Shown here: piece by piece, positions 13,203 through 23,609 of the stretch
Numbering within the stretch: position 1 is the stretch's first letter
How the letters are laid out: each line of letters begins with the position of its first letter
Source of the DNA: Macrostomum lignano
Taxonomy: Eukaryota
Direction: 5' to 3'
Assembly (NCBI GenBank): GCA_002269645.1
Contig: NIVC01001407.1
Coordinates: forward strand, 1 to 64,000
DNA length: 64,000 nucleotides
The notes under the pieces: generated by a model
Seen by the model: the letters and a program-made list of their open reading frames with translations, nothing else
Database searches by the model: none
What the model was told of the DNA's origin: nothing
Translations under genes and position numbers: made by a program

Positions 13203-16200
13203 GGACTGATTGATTGACAAGGCGCTCGCACCCCACCCGCAGACCCGTCCTCAGACGCCGACCGCATCCTGCTGCACACGAAGCTCCACCTCGACCAGTA
13301 CGCCCTCATGGGCCTGCGAACTCTCTGCTTGGCCATCCGTTACCTTGGCAACGAGGAGTACGCTGATTGGCTGGCAGAATTTCGAAGAGCCGAACGATCA
13401 ATTGTTGGCCGAGAGGAGGCGGTCAGCCGAACTATCGATCAAATCGAGCAGCAGCTGCAGCTGCTGGGGGTGACTGGAATCGAGGACCGCCTGCAGGACG
13501 GAGTGCCCGACACCATCGCGTCTTTTAGAGCTGCTGGGATCAACGTCTGGGTGCTGACTGGGGACAAACAGGTGAGGGCTTGATGACGGATGCTTTAGTT
13601 GTTTTCGGATTGCTTTTTTAGATAGGAGACTCACCTGTGAGACAGGATAGTGTCACCTGTGAGACAGGATAGTGTCACCTGTTAGACAGGATGGTGTCAC
13701 CTGTTAGACAGGATGGTGTCACCTGTGAGACAGGATAGTGTCACCTGTGAGACAGGATAGTGTCACCTGTGAGACAGGATGGTGTCACCTGTTAGACAGG
13801 ATAGTGTCACCTGTTAGACAGGATAGTGTCACCTGTGAGACAGGATAGTGTCACCTGTGAGACAGGATAGTGTCACCTGTTAGACAGGATGGTGTCACCT
13901 GTTAGACAGGATGGTGTCACCTGTGAGACAGGATAGTGTCACCTGTGAGACAGGATAGTGTCACCTGTGAGACAGGATGGTGTCACCTGTTAGACAGGAT
14001 AGTGTCACCTGTTAGACAGGATAGTGTCACCTGTGAGACAGGATAGTGTCACCTGTGAGACAGGATAGTGTCACCTGTTAGACAGGATGGTGTCACCTGT
14101 TAGACAGGATGGTGTCACCTGTTAGACAGGATAGTGTCACCTGTGAGACAGGATAGTGTCACCTGTGAGACAGGATAGTGTCACCTGTTAGACAGGATAG
14201 TGTCACCTGTTAGACAGGATAGTGTCACCTGTGAGACAGGATAGTGTCACCTGTTAGACAGGATGGTGTCACCTGTTAGACAGGATGGTGTCACCTGTGA
14301 GACAGGATAGTGTCACCTGTGAGACAGGATAGTGTCACCTGTGAGACAGGATAGTGTCACCTGTTAGACAGGATGGTGTCACCTGTTAGACAGGATAGTG
14401 TCACCTGTTAGACAGGATGGTGTCACCTGTTAGACAGGATGGTGTCACCTGTTAGACAGGATAGTGTCACCTGTGAGACAGGATAGTGTCACCTGTTAGA
14501 CAGGATAGTGTCACCTGTGAGACAGGATAGTGTCACCTGTTAGACAGGATAGTGTCACCTGTGAGACAGGATAGTGTCACCTGTTAGACAGGATAGTGTC
14601 ACCTGTTAGACAAGATAGTGTCACCTGTGAGACAGGATAGTGTCACCTGTGAGACAGGATAGTGTCACCTGTGAGACAGGATAGTGTCACCTGTGAGACA
14701 GGATAGTGTCACCTGTGAGACAGGATAGTGTCACCTGTTAGACAGGATAGTGTCACCTGTGAGACAGGATAGTGTCACCTGTGAGACAGGATAGTGTCAC
14801 CTGTTAGACAGGATAGTGTCACCTGTTAGACAGGATAGTGTCACCTGTTAGACAGGATAGTGTCACCTGTTAGACAGGATAGTGTCACCTGTGAGACAGG
14901 ATAGTGTCACCTGTGAGACAGGATAGTGTCACCTGTTGGACAGGATAGTGTCACCTGTTAGACAGGATAGTGTCACCTGTGAGACAGGATGGTGTCACCT
15001 GTGAGACAGGATAGTGTCACCTGTTAGACAGGATAGTGTCACCTGTTAGACAGGATAGTGTCACCTGTTAGACAGGATAGTGTCACCTGTGAGACAGGAT
15101 AGTGTCACCTGTTAGACAGGATAGTGTCACCTGTTAGACAGGATAGTGTCACCTGTTAGACAGGATAGTGTCACCTGTTAGACAGGATAGTGTCACCTGT
15201 GAGACAGGATAGTGTCACCTGTGAGACAGGATAGTGTCACCTGTGAGACAGGATAGTGTCACCTGTTAGACAGGATAGTGTCACCTGTTAGACAGGATAG
15301 TGTCACCTGTTAGACAGGATAGTGTCACCTGTTAGACAGGATACTGTCACCTCTTAGACACTATACAATATAGAACCACCTGCTATACGTTACCATGGCA
15401 ACCAATGTTTCTAACGCACCTTAGGAGACGGCGATTCAGATCAGCTACTCAGCCCGCCTGGTGACTGAGGCCCAGCGACTGCTGGTGCTGAACGCGGACA
15501 CCCTGGCCCAGACTGAGGACAAGGTGCGCCGCTACCTTCAGGAGATTGACTGCACCTACAACCCGGAGTATCAGATTCGACAGCGGAGGGAGCGGCCTGC
15601 GATCAGGTGGGTTGCTAAGCTGGCTTGTGAGGCACTCTGGCTGCAGATGAGGGGGATTCGGTTATTTCTAGTGGCAACCAAGCAGTGGTTGTCACTGGCG
15701 CCTAACAGTTGTCAGTGGCGCCAAACAGTTGTTGTCAGTGGCGCTAAAAAGACTGGTTGTCAGCGGCAGCAAACAGTTGGTTGTCAGTGGCGCCAAAAAG
15801 GCTGGTTGTCAGTGGCGCCAAACAGTTGAAGTTGTACTTGTAAGTGGCGTTAAATAGTTGAAGTTGTCAGTGGCGCCAAACAGTTAGTTGTCAGTGGCGC
15901 CAAACAGTTGAAGTTGTCAGTGGCGCCAAACAGTTAAAGTTGTCAGTGGCGCCAAACAGTTAAAGTTATCAGTGGAGCCAAACAGTTGAAGTTGTCAGTG
16001 GCGCCAAACAGTTGAAGTTGTCAGTGGCGCCAAACAGTTAAAGTTGTCAATGGCGCCAAACAGTTAGTTGTCAGTGGCGCCAAACAGTTAGTTGTCAGTG
16101 GCGCCAAACAGTTAGTTGTCAGTGGCGCCAAACAGTTAGTTGTCAGTGGCGCCAAACAGTTAGTTGTCAGTGGCGCCAAACAGTTGAAGTTGTCAGTGGC

Positions 16201-19200
16201 GCCAAACAGTTAAAGTTGTCAATGGCGCCAAATAGTTAGTTGTCAGTGGCGCCAAACAGTTAGTTGTCAGTGGCGCCAAACAGTTAGTTGTCAGTGGCGC
16301 CAAACAGTTAAAGTTGTCAGTGGCGGCAAACAGTTGAAGTTGTCAGTGGCGCCAAACAGTTAGTTGTCAGTGGCGCCAAACAGTTGAAATTGTCAGTGGC
16401 GCCAAACAGTTGAAGTTGTCAGTGGCGCCAAACAGTTAAAGTTGTCACTGGCGCCAAACAGTTAGTTGTCATTGGCTAATCCGTGCGACACCTCACGCAT
16501 TCCAGAGACGACCTCGCCCTCGTACTAGACGGCGGCACCCTCCGTCACTGCCTGGAGGACTCGCTGAAGTTCGACTTCCTATTCCTCGCCGAGCAATGCG
16601 GCAGTGTCATCTGCTGCCGGGCCACCCCCAGTCAAAAGGCTGCCATCGTCAGCTTGGTGAAGGAGAACCTCCAGATGCAGACTTTGGCAATCGGCGACGG
16701 CGCCAACGATGTCAACATGATTCAGACTGCGGACATCGGGATCGGCCTGTCTGGCCAGGAGGGCATGCAAGCCGTGATGGCGGCCGACTTTGCTCTGGCT
16801 CGGTTCCGCTTCTTGAAGAAGCTGGTGCTGGTGCACGGGCACTGGTGCTACGACAGGCTGGCCAGGATGTCGCTGTACCTGTTCTACAAGAACTGCGTGT
16901 ACATCATGATGCTGTTCTGGTTCCAGTTGTTCAACGGGTTCAGCGGGCAGGTGCACATTGGCCAGCTGTACCAGGTGTGCTTCAACCTCACCATGACAGC
17001 GCTTGCCCCACTGATCATGGGCATCCTTGACCGGCATCTGAGAGCGGACATCCTGCTAGCGAATCCCATTCTGTACTCGGATGCGCAGAACTGCCGCAGC
17101 TATTTGCCCTGGCACTTTTGGTTCAACATCCTTGATGCCGTGTGGCAGTCGATGGTGATCTACTTTGTGCCCCATCTGGTTATTGTGAACAGCGACTGTG
17201 ACATCTGGAGCTTCGGTGACATCGTTGTGAGCGCCGGGGTGATCACTGCTGTGGCTCACAATGCCCTGGAGCTGAGAGGATGGACCGGGATTCACTGGTT
17301 TGCCATTATTGGTGAGCAGCCTTCTGTGTAAACAGTTTACAGCTAATCTGTGTGAACAGTTTACAGCTAATCTGTGTGAATAGTTTACAGCTAATCTGTG
17401 TGAACAGTTTACAGCTAATCTGTGTGAACAGTTTACAGCTAATCTGTGTGAGCAGTTCATGGATCACAGTGAACCACTGAAGGATCACAGTGAACCACTG
17501 AAGGATCACAGTGAACCACTGAAGGATCACAGTGAACCACTGAAGGATCACAGTGAACCACTGAAGGATCACAGTGAACCACTGAAGGATCACGGTGATT
17601 CACTGAAGGATCACTGAGATCCACTGAAAAATCACGGTGACCCACTGAAGGATCACTGTGACCCACTGAAGGATCACAGTGGACCCACTGAAGGATCACT
17701 GTGACCCACTGAAGGATCACGGTGACCCACTGAAGGATCACTGTGACCCACTGAAGGATCACGGTGACCCACTGAAGGATCACAGTGGACCCATTGAAGG
17801 ATCACTGTGACCAACTGAAAAATCACGGTGACCCACTGAAGGATGACTGTGACCCACAGAAGGATCACTGTGACCCACTGAAGGATCACTGTGATCCACT
17901 GAAGGATCATGACTGTGACCCACTGAAGGATCACAGTGGACCCACTGAAGGATCACTGTGACCCCTTAAGAATCACGGTAATCCTCTGCATCAGCTACTC
18001 CCCCGCACCTCCAGGCAGTCCAATCGTTGCCTGGTTCGGCTTCGCTCTCGTCCTGAACGTGATCTGCACCAACTGCATGCACCCGGACAACCCCTATTAC
18101 GTCATCATCCGCGGCGTCACCACCTCCCAGTTCTGGCTGCCGCAGCTGCTCATCCCGTTTCTGGCGCTGATGCCCCGCCTGAGCGTGAGAGCATTCCGCA
18201 ACACCCTGAGGCCCAACCTGACCGCTCAGGCGATGCGTCTTCAGTCGCTGCACCGTCACCGGACGAATCCGCACCTGCCGCTGCAGACTCCGCCGAAGTC
18301 GTTTCCGGGACCGCCGCCGTCGATGTCGCGCGTCGGCTCGATGCGTTTTCCCAGCGCGCCGGCGCTTCGTCGGCTGTCGGTGGCCTGGCTGGGTAGCGGA
18401 GGCGGCGGCGGCAGCTTGTCAAAGCGGAATTCCATGGCGCATCCGGCATCTCAAGGAGGAGGAGCTCCAGACCGCAGTGAGAGCGCATCGGCTGTCGACA
18501 TCAGAGCTGGCAGCGGTGAGGTCTTTGGGATGCACTTTGTGGGTTTAGAGCGGGTCAAATGTTTAACTAGCATGTGAATCCACCCGTAAATTAAACAGTA
18601 AAAAACCGGTAAAAAAACCAGTAAACAACCGGTAAACCAACCGATAAACCAATCAGAAAACCAACAGGTAAACCAACAGATAAACCAACCGGAAAACCAA
18701 CCGGTAAACCAACAGATAAACCAACCGGAAAACCAACCGGTAAACCAACCGGTAAACCAACTGGTAAACCAACAGATAAATCAACCGGAAAACCAACCGG
18801 TAAACCAACAGATAAACCAACCGGAAAACCAACCGGAAAACCAACAGATAAACCAACCAGAAAACCAACCGGTAAACCAACAGATAAACCAACCGGTAAA
18901 GCAACCGGTAATCCAACTAGTAAACCAACGGGTAAACCAACAGGTAAACCAACAGATGAACCAACCGGAAAACCAACCGGAAAACCAACCGGTAAACCAA
19001 CAGATAAACCAACCGGTAAAGCAACCTGTAATCCAACTAGTAAACCAACGGGTAAACTACGGTTAAACCAACTCGTAAGCCAACTAGTAAAAATGTAAAT
19101 CAACCAGTCAAGCAACCGGTAAATCACCTGTAGAACCCGCACTTTCGCACCTGTCGCAGGCCGCAGCCGACGAGAGTTCGACAGCGGCAGTCGCCATCAC

Positions 19201-19252
19201 AAGCGCAGCCGAAGTCTTGGAGCTTCTCAGCGAATTCGCCGACCATCTGTGA
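8195..19252 (+). CDS. ATP10: P4-type phospholipid-transporting ATPase (flippase), ATP10A/B/D class; 5' exons lie outside the window
   Basis: Exons 8195-8289 (least certain), 9466-10124, 10945-11243, 13243-13571, 15425-15606, 16506-17311, 18015-18515, 19134-19252 (TGA); GT-AG junctions with matching phases. Motifs: FDFFLVMSVCNSVVVS, ESPDEAALV, FDSDRKRMSV..RHP.T...TKGADS, GIEDRLQDGVP, WVLTGDKQETA, CCRATPSQK, TLAIGDGANDVNMIQ, GQEGMQAVMA, HGHWCYDRLA..LYLFYKN. The GQEGMQAVMA/HGHWCY wording is characteristic of the ATP10 class. Confidence 0.93.
8315..9425. repeat. 17-bp minisatellite (TGACTGGAGTGAATGAG)n in an ATP10 intron
   Basis: 17-bp period; yields a 17-aa-periodic pseudo-ORF at 8329-9453. Confidence 0.96.
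10150..10235 (+). mobile_element. tRNA-derived SINE head (Pol III A/B boxes)
   Basis: A-box-like TAGCTGAGTGA at 10161 and B-box GAGTTCGATTCCC at 10203, with tRNA-like spacing; no clean acceptor stem; intronic. Confidence 0.55.
12600..13216. repeat. (GATT)n microsatellite with GGACT interruptions
   Basis: Direct reading; ends ~25 nt before the ATP10 acceptor at 13242. Confidence 0.97.
13631..15360. repeat. 22-bp minisatellite (TCACCTGT(T/G)AGACAGGAT(A/G)GTG)n
   Basis: 22-bp period, ~78 copies, fills the intron 13572-15424. Confidence 0.98.
15689..16470. repeat. 24/27-bp minisatellite GTTGTCAGTGGCGCCAAACAGTT(A|GAA|AAA)
   Basis: Two unit lengths interleaved; fills the intron 15607-16505. Confidence 0.96.
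17323..17457. repeat. 24-bp minisatellite (ACAGTTTACAGCTAATCTGTGTGA)n
   Basis: ~5.5 copies starting ~12 nt after the donor at 17312. Confidence 0.93.
17461..17965. repeat. 21-bp minisatellite (GGATCACAGTGA(A/C)CCACTGAA)n
   Basis: 21-bp period, abutting the previous array in the same intron. Confidence 0.95.
18600..19078. repeat. 12-bp minisatellite (AAACCAACCGGT / AAACCAACAGAT)n
   Basis: 12-bp period in the last ATP10 intron. Confidence 0.95.
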
Positions 19253-21029
19253 GTTTCGTCAATGCCGGCGGCGAGGGCGTTACCATGGCAACCACCGTTT
19301 GTTGACAATGGCTTAGTCTGTGTTCTGTCAAACCAGTTCATACATCTTTTATCTTTATTTCTATTTCTACTGTAATTTATGGCAATTTTTTGTTTTAACG
19401 AATGATTTTCTATCTGACATTTTTCTGCTTCTCAGCTCTTGTCTGCAATGAAAGAGATTTTCACTTTCTACTAAAAGCAGCTGCTATTACAAAAAACCGG
19501 ACCACTTATCGATTTGTAGTCAATTACTTAAGAAATTTATTTTTTAATTTCACACGCGGCGAGGGACTCACTGAAGAGTTTTCCCTTAATACCAATTCAT
19601 AAAATCCTAGTGAAATAATCCTACTTACTTATATACTACTAACTTTATCCGAGCTTGCAGTAGTAGCTTCAGTTGTTCTCTGTATTTCTATTTCTGACTG
19701 TCTGTTAGCTATTCTAGCAGATTTTAGTCTTATGCAAATCCTATGGTTATCTCCAACAGAAAAGCTAAAGTCCATGTGTTGTCGATTATAGCCATACTTA
19801 CTCGTAATTAATAATTTACGCTCGTAAAATTTTCTATTAAATATAACACTAATAATCCATAGACCCGTTTACAAACTTCAGTCCATTCCCAAAAGTACTT
19901 AGAATATCTGTAATATTTCATGTGCAATGAATACTAGCTGCCTTTATATAAATAAATGTTTATATTTGCCCTGAAAAAAAGCTTTCAAGTTTAAAAAATT
20001 TATATTACTACCCTTGATTTTTAATTTGTGCCATAGATTTAATTGTACTTTTCACCAGTCCAGTTCTGATTGGCCAGCCTGAGAATGTACTTTTATTTTG
20101 TTTCTATAAATAGCAACAGAAAATGTTCACAGTGCAAGCAACCCACTCCACTCAGTCAAACGATAGACTCCGTGTGCCTTTTAAAAATTGATTTGATTTT
20201 ACATATTTTAAACTTTGGTAAGAGTCCAATGGATGGCCTTAGTCTTTGTAATTCGAATTTTAAAATTGTAATCTAGATTTTCGATGGCAGTGAAGAGGTT
20301 CTAAAATACTTAAAAATTTAAATTTGAAAACCTGTGCAATTAATTTCGTTTTTAGTACTCTCGATGCAATGTTATCATGTTTTAAATATGTTTTCTTGTT
20401 TTACTTATGATTCTAGTAAAAGCAATTGGTAACTCGAAAAACCTTTTTATTTTAACAAGTCTATCTGTCAAGTAATCTGCAAATAAAAAATCAAATATTT
20501 GTCCTGCATCACAGAAGAATAGCAAAAATGTTTTGGTTAACAGCTGAGTGAAGTTCAATGCAATTTCTTTGTGTTTTGCATATTTTAGCTACCTGAATAA
20601 TTTTGCTGTCCTTGTGAGTGTACCATGCAATTATTTGGAAATTATGTGACTGCAATTTCCATGGTTGACGGCGTTTGGGTTGTGATGTGGTAGTGGTGAA
20701 CTTTCACATCGACTCATATTCGACAATCAGCTGCAGCAACATTGAACTGCTGACAGCGTGGACGAGAAGTTTTGGTGTACATGTAGCTACGAGTACCAAG
20801 AAGGTGCACTGTTTCTAAGCCAAGGGCACATGTGGACTTAACAGTAGAAAGACCACGCTATTTTTCCCCATGGGGAAAGACCACGCGGGGGTGTATTACA
20901 AATGCACACGACCCATTTCACAATATAGCTCGCAAACCGAATTACCGATTTTCGTAAAAGTCCACTATATGGATCAAAATTTTCCACCCTTTCCAACGAA
21001 CTAACTTTCAAAGTTATCAGCATCGTCGA

Positions 21030-21880
21030 GATATTCAGCGATTCTTGTCGAAGACACTGGTGGCAAGGACAACCAACACTACACTGTATAAACCTTTATG
21101 GTGAATCCATATTGGCTCAATAATCTGGGTCAATCTGTCGTAAAGGCCTTTGTTCTCAGCATCCCAGGCACCAGGGTCTCCTTCATCACCGTCTGGAGCA
21201 TCGGCGGCGACCGTCGGGACCTTCAACAAAAGCACCCGATCGGCATATCAGAGACGGCTGCGTACCCAAAACTGAAATGAAAGAATCCCCTTCTGCATGC
21301 AGCATTCAGTCAGTAGACATAATCGGTGAATGAAATGGACGATGGCGACCCTCTAAGTTGACCTGTAGTCTATAGACATACAGGCGACCTTCGGGACCTT
21401 CAACGAAGTGCCACCACGCCACGCGTCACCACCGACCGACCCCCAAGACTGCACAAAAGTTCAACTCTTTTTGTCGTGTAGCTAGGCCTATCCACAAAGA
21501 AGACAACATTCGAGTTGGTAAGTGTGGGTACCTGCAAATTAAACCAGGTCCTGGGTGTCCACATTATCAAGAATGTTGTTACGGACTTACGGACTTAGTC
21601 TTACGGACTGTCTACCTACCGGTAGCTACTTCTGATGTGTACATATTAACTATTAACTAATTAAGTCTCTGTAAGACGTATGCTATAGCTACCACTCATT
21701 TGAGATTCCGGCTTGTCAAGGGGCGACATTGCACGTTTTCTTGGACATTCTTCGTGTGCGTTGGAGCGTTACATCAGGTCTTCGGCTAAGGTTTCGCGAT
21801 CGGCCTCCGATGCTCAGCAGAATTTTCGTGTTTCGTCAGGTGAACCTCGCGTTGAAGATGCGTGGCCCGATCTTCGATGA
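21030..21880 (+). mobile_element. Decayed tyrosine-recombinase (Crypton-like) element remnant
   Basis: 21661-21780 translates, with one frameshift at ~21700, as L-S-L-C-K-T-Y-A-I-A-T-T-H-L-R/D-S-G-L-S-R-G-D-I-A-R-F-L-G-H-S-S-C-A-L-E-R-Y-I-R. This is the (H)SLR...LGH.S....Y catalytic C-terminus of tyrosine recombinases. Weaker Crypton-like fragments lie upstream (NQVLGVHIIKNVV ~21540-21580; RFLSKTLV/KDNQHYT ~21037-21090). Boundaries approximate. Confidence 0.55.
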
Positions 21881-22057
21881 AGCCTCGCTCGGGATCGTCG
21901 GTTAAGCTAGAACAATGGGACTGTCTACCGCCAGTGTAAGAAGGCGTAAAATCAATCGTTGTCCAGGATGGAAGTCTAGAAATTATTTTATTTAAATGAT
22001 GTCATCAAGAATGCAAGTAAAAATTCTCTGCAAGAAGAGCATACTTGCAAGCTAAAA

Positions 22058-22865
22058 TATACTGTCTAACAAAAGTTCTTGTACGGTTGCTTCTGTTGCC
22101 TCTAGTATCCATAATTTCCATCCGTTTCAAATGAAAATTAGTGCAAATGAAAGCTGGGAATCTCTGCAACATTTTCTGTTTCACCGTATTTTTTTATTCT
22201 GGAGTGGCTCGGAACAGCTTGCCGTTTAGCACAGACAGATCGAATGAAAAAAGTGACAGAATGACATAGAGCAAGCAGTCTATGGCCAACTTGGCTGTCT
22301 AGGCCTTATTTTTCGTCACTAAATGTCTAGAAAACCACTTAATCGATCTTTTCCTTGTTGTCTCGCTATTAAGGTAAATAAGGTAAAATGCGCTGAAGAA
22401 ACAGATAATCAGATACATTATAAACAGAAGGTAAACAAAAATGTAACACGGGAATTCCGGCAAAATCATTGGCATCAAGGAAAAGCAAGGGTATCACAGG
22501 GTTATACAGTGTGCGACAGTTTAGGCATAGACATGTCGCCTGGGTGAAGAAGTAAAGCAAACCCCACACACAGAGCGATCGATCGACAGAAGGCTTCCTA
22601 GACACTGTGGAGTTTGTCAACGCGTAAAGAAAGTTGGCCATAGACTGCTTGCTCTATGTCATTCTGTCACTTTTTTCATTCGATCTGTCTGTGCTAAACG
22701 GCAAGCTCTTCCGAGCCACTCCAGAATAAAAAAATACGGTGAAACAGAAAATGTTGCAGAGATTCCCAGCTTTCATTTGCACTAATTTTCATTTGAAACG
22801 GATGGAAATTATGGATACCAGAGGCAACAGAAGCAACCGTACAAGAACTTTTGTTAGACAGTATA
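22058..22865. mobile_element. MITE / foldback non-autonomous DNA transposon with 235-bp terminal inverted repeats
   Basis: 22058-22292 is the near-perfect reverse complement of 22631-22865; ends read TATACTGTCTAAC...GTTAGACAGTATA (TA-type ends, Tc1/mariner-like); 338-bp non-coding spacer. Confidence 0.85.
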
Positions 22866-23609
22866 GTTTTCTACAAAAATAGCTATAGAATGTTCCTTCA
22901 AAGGACTTCTTAACCTCTTGATAATACATGCACGTTTAAGGCGACATATGGTCAATTTAGTGTTTCAAAAGAAGAAAAGTAATTCCCAACTCGATTATGC
23001 ATTTTTGCCTACAATTAAATTGCACGATCAGCGATCGCTAAGCGTCCTACTACAGTTGCTCATGATTAACAGCCCATATAGCTGTAAGTTTTTAATTGTG
23101 CTAGCATTTAGGCCTGTTTAAGTCATCACTGCAACACCTACCTTCCATTCTCCTCTCTTCTCTCATACCTACTGCACTCTATTTGTCAAAAGTTGGCCAT
23201 TCCATTTCTAAAGAAACAATTTGCACTTGCTATGCCGAGCACGCAGCCACAGTCAGCTCTCATTGTTTAACTCAGCAGAGCTCGCAGCATCCCACTGCTC
23301 CTGCATCTCTCACCCCGCTGAGCAGAGCAGCTGCCGGACCCCCTGGCACCCAATCAGGTCTCAAACACAGCCGCTGGGTCAGAGAAGAGAATCGGCCTCA
23401 GTCCATTTAAACAAATTTCTCTGCACAGGGAGAGCTCAGAGATTTCAGTCCGTGACAGAGGGACTTTTGCTGCTGCTGCTGAGCTGGCAGGCGAATTCGC
23501 TTGAAGAAGAGCAAAGCACTCAGCTTGAAGCCGTGTGGAACAGCTGCGGCAGACAGCAGATCGGCAGAGAAGCACTGCTAGGAGAAGCAGTGTAGCCATA
23601 GCAACAGAG

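Noticed and set aside
23221-23595. ~120-aa ORF upstream of both ankyrin genes (also 32983-33348)
   Set aside because: Its conservation is explained by the recent duplication. It has no recognisable domain and ends differently in the two copies; probably 5' UTR or promoter, possibly a uORF.
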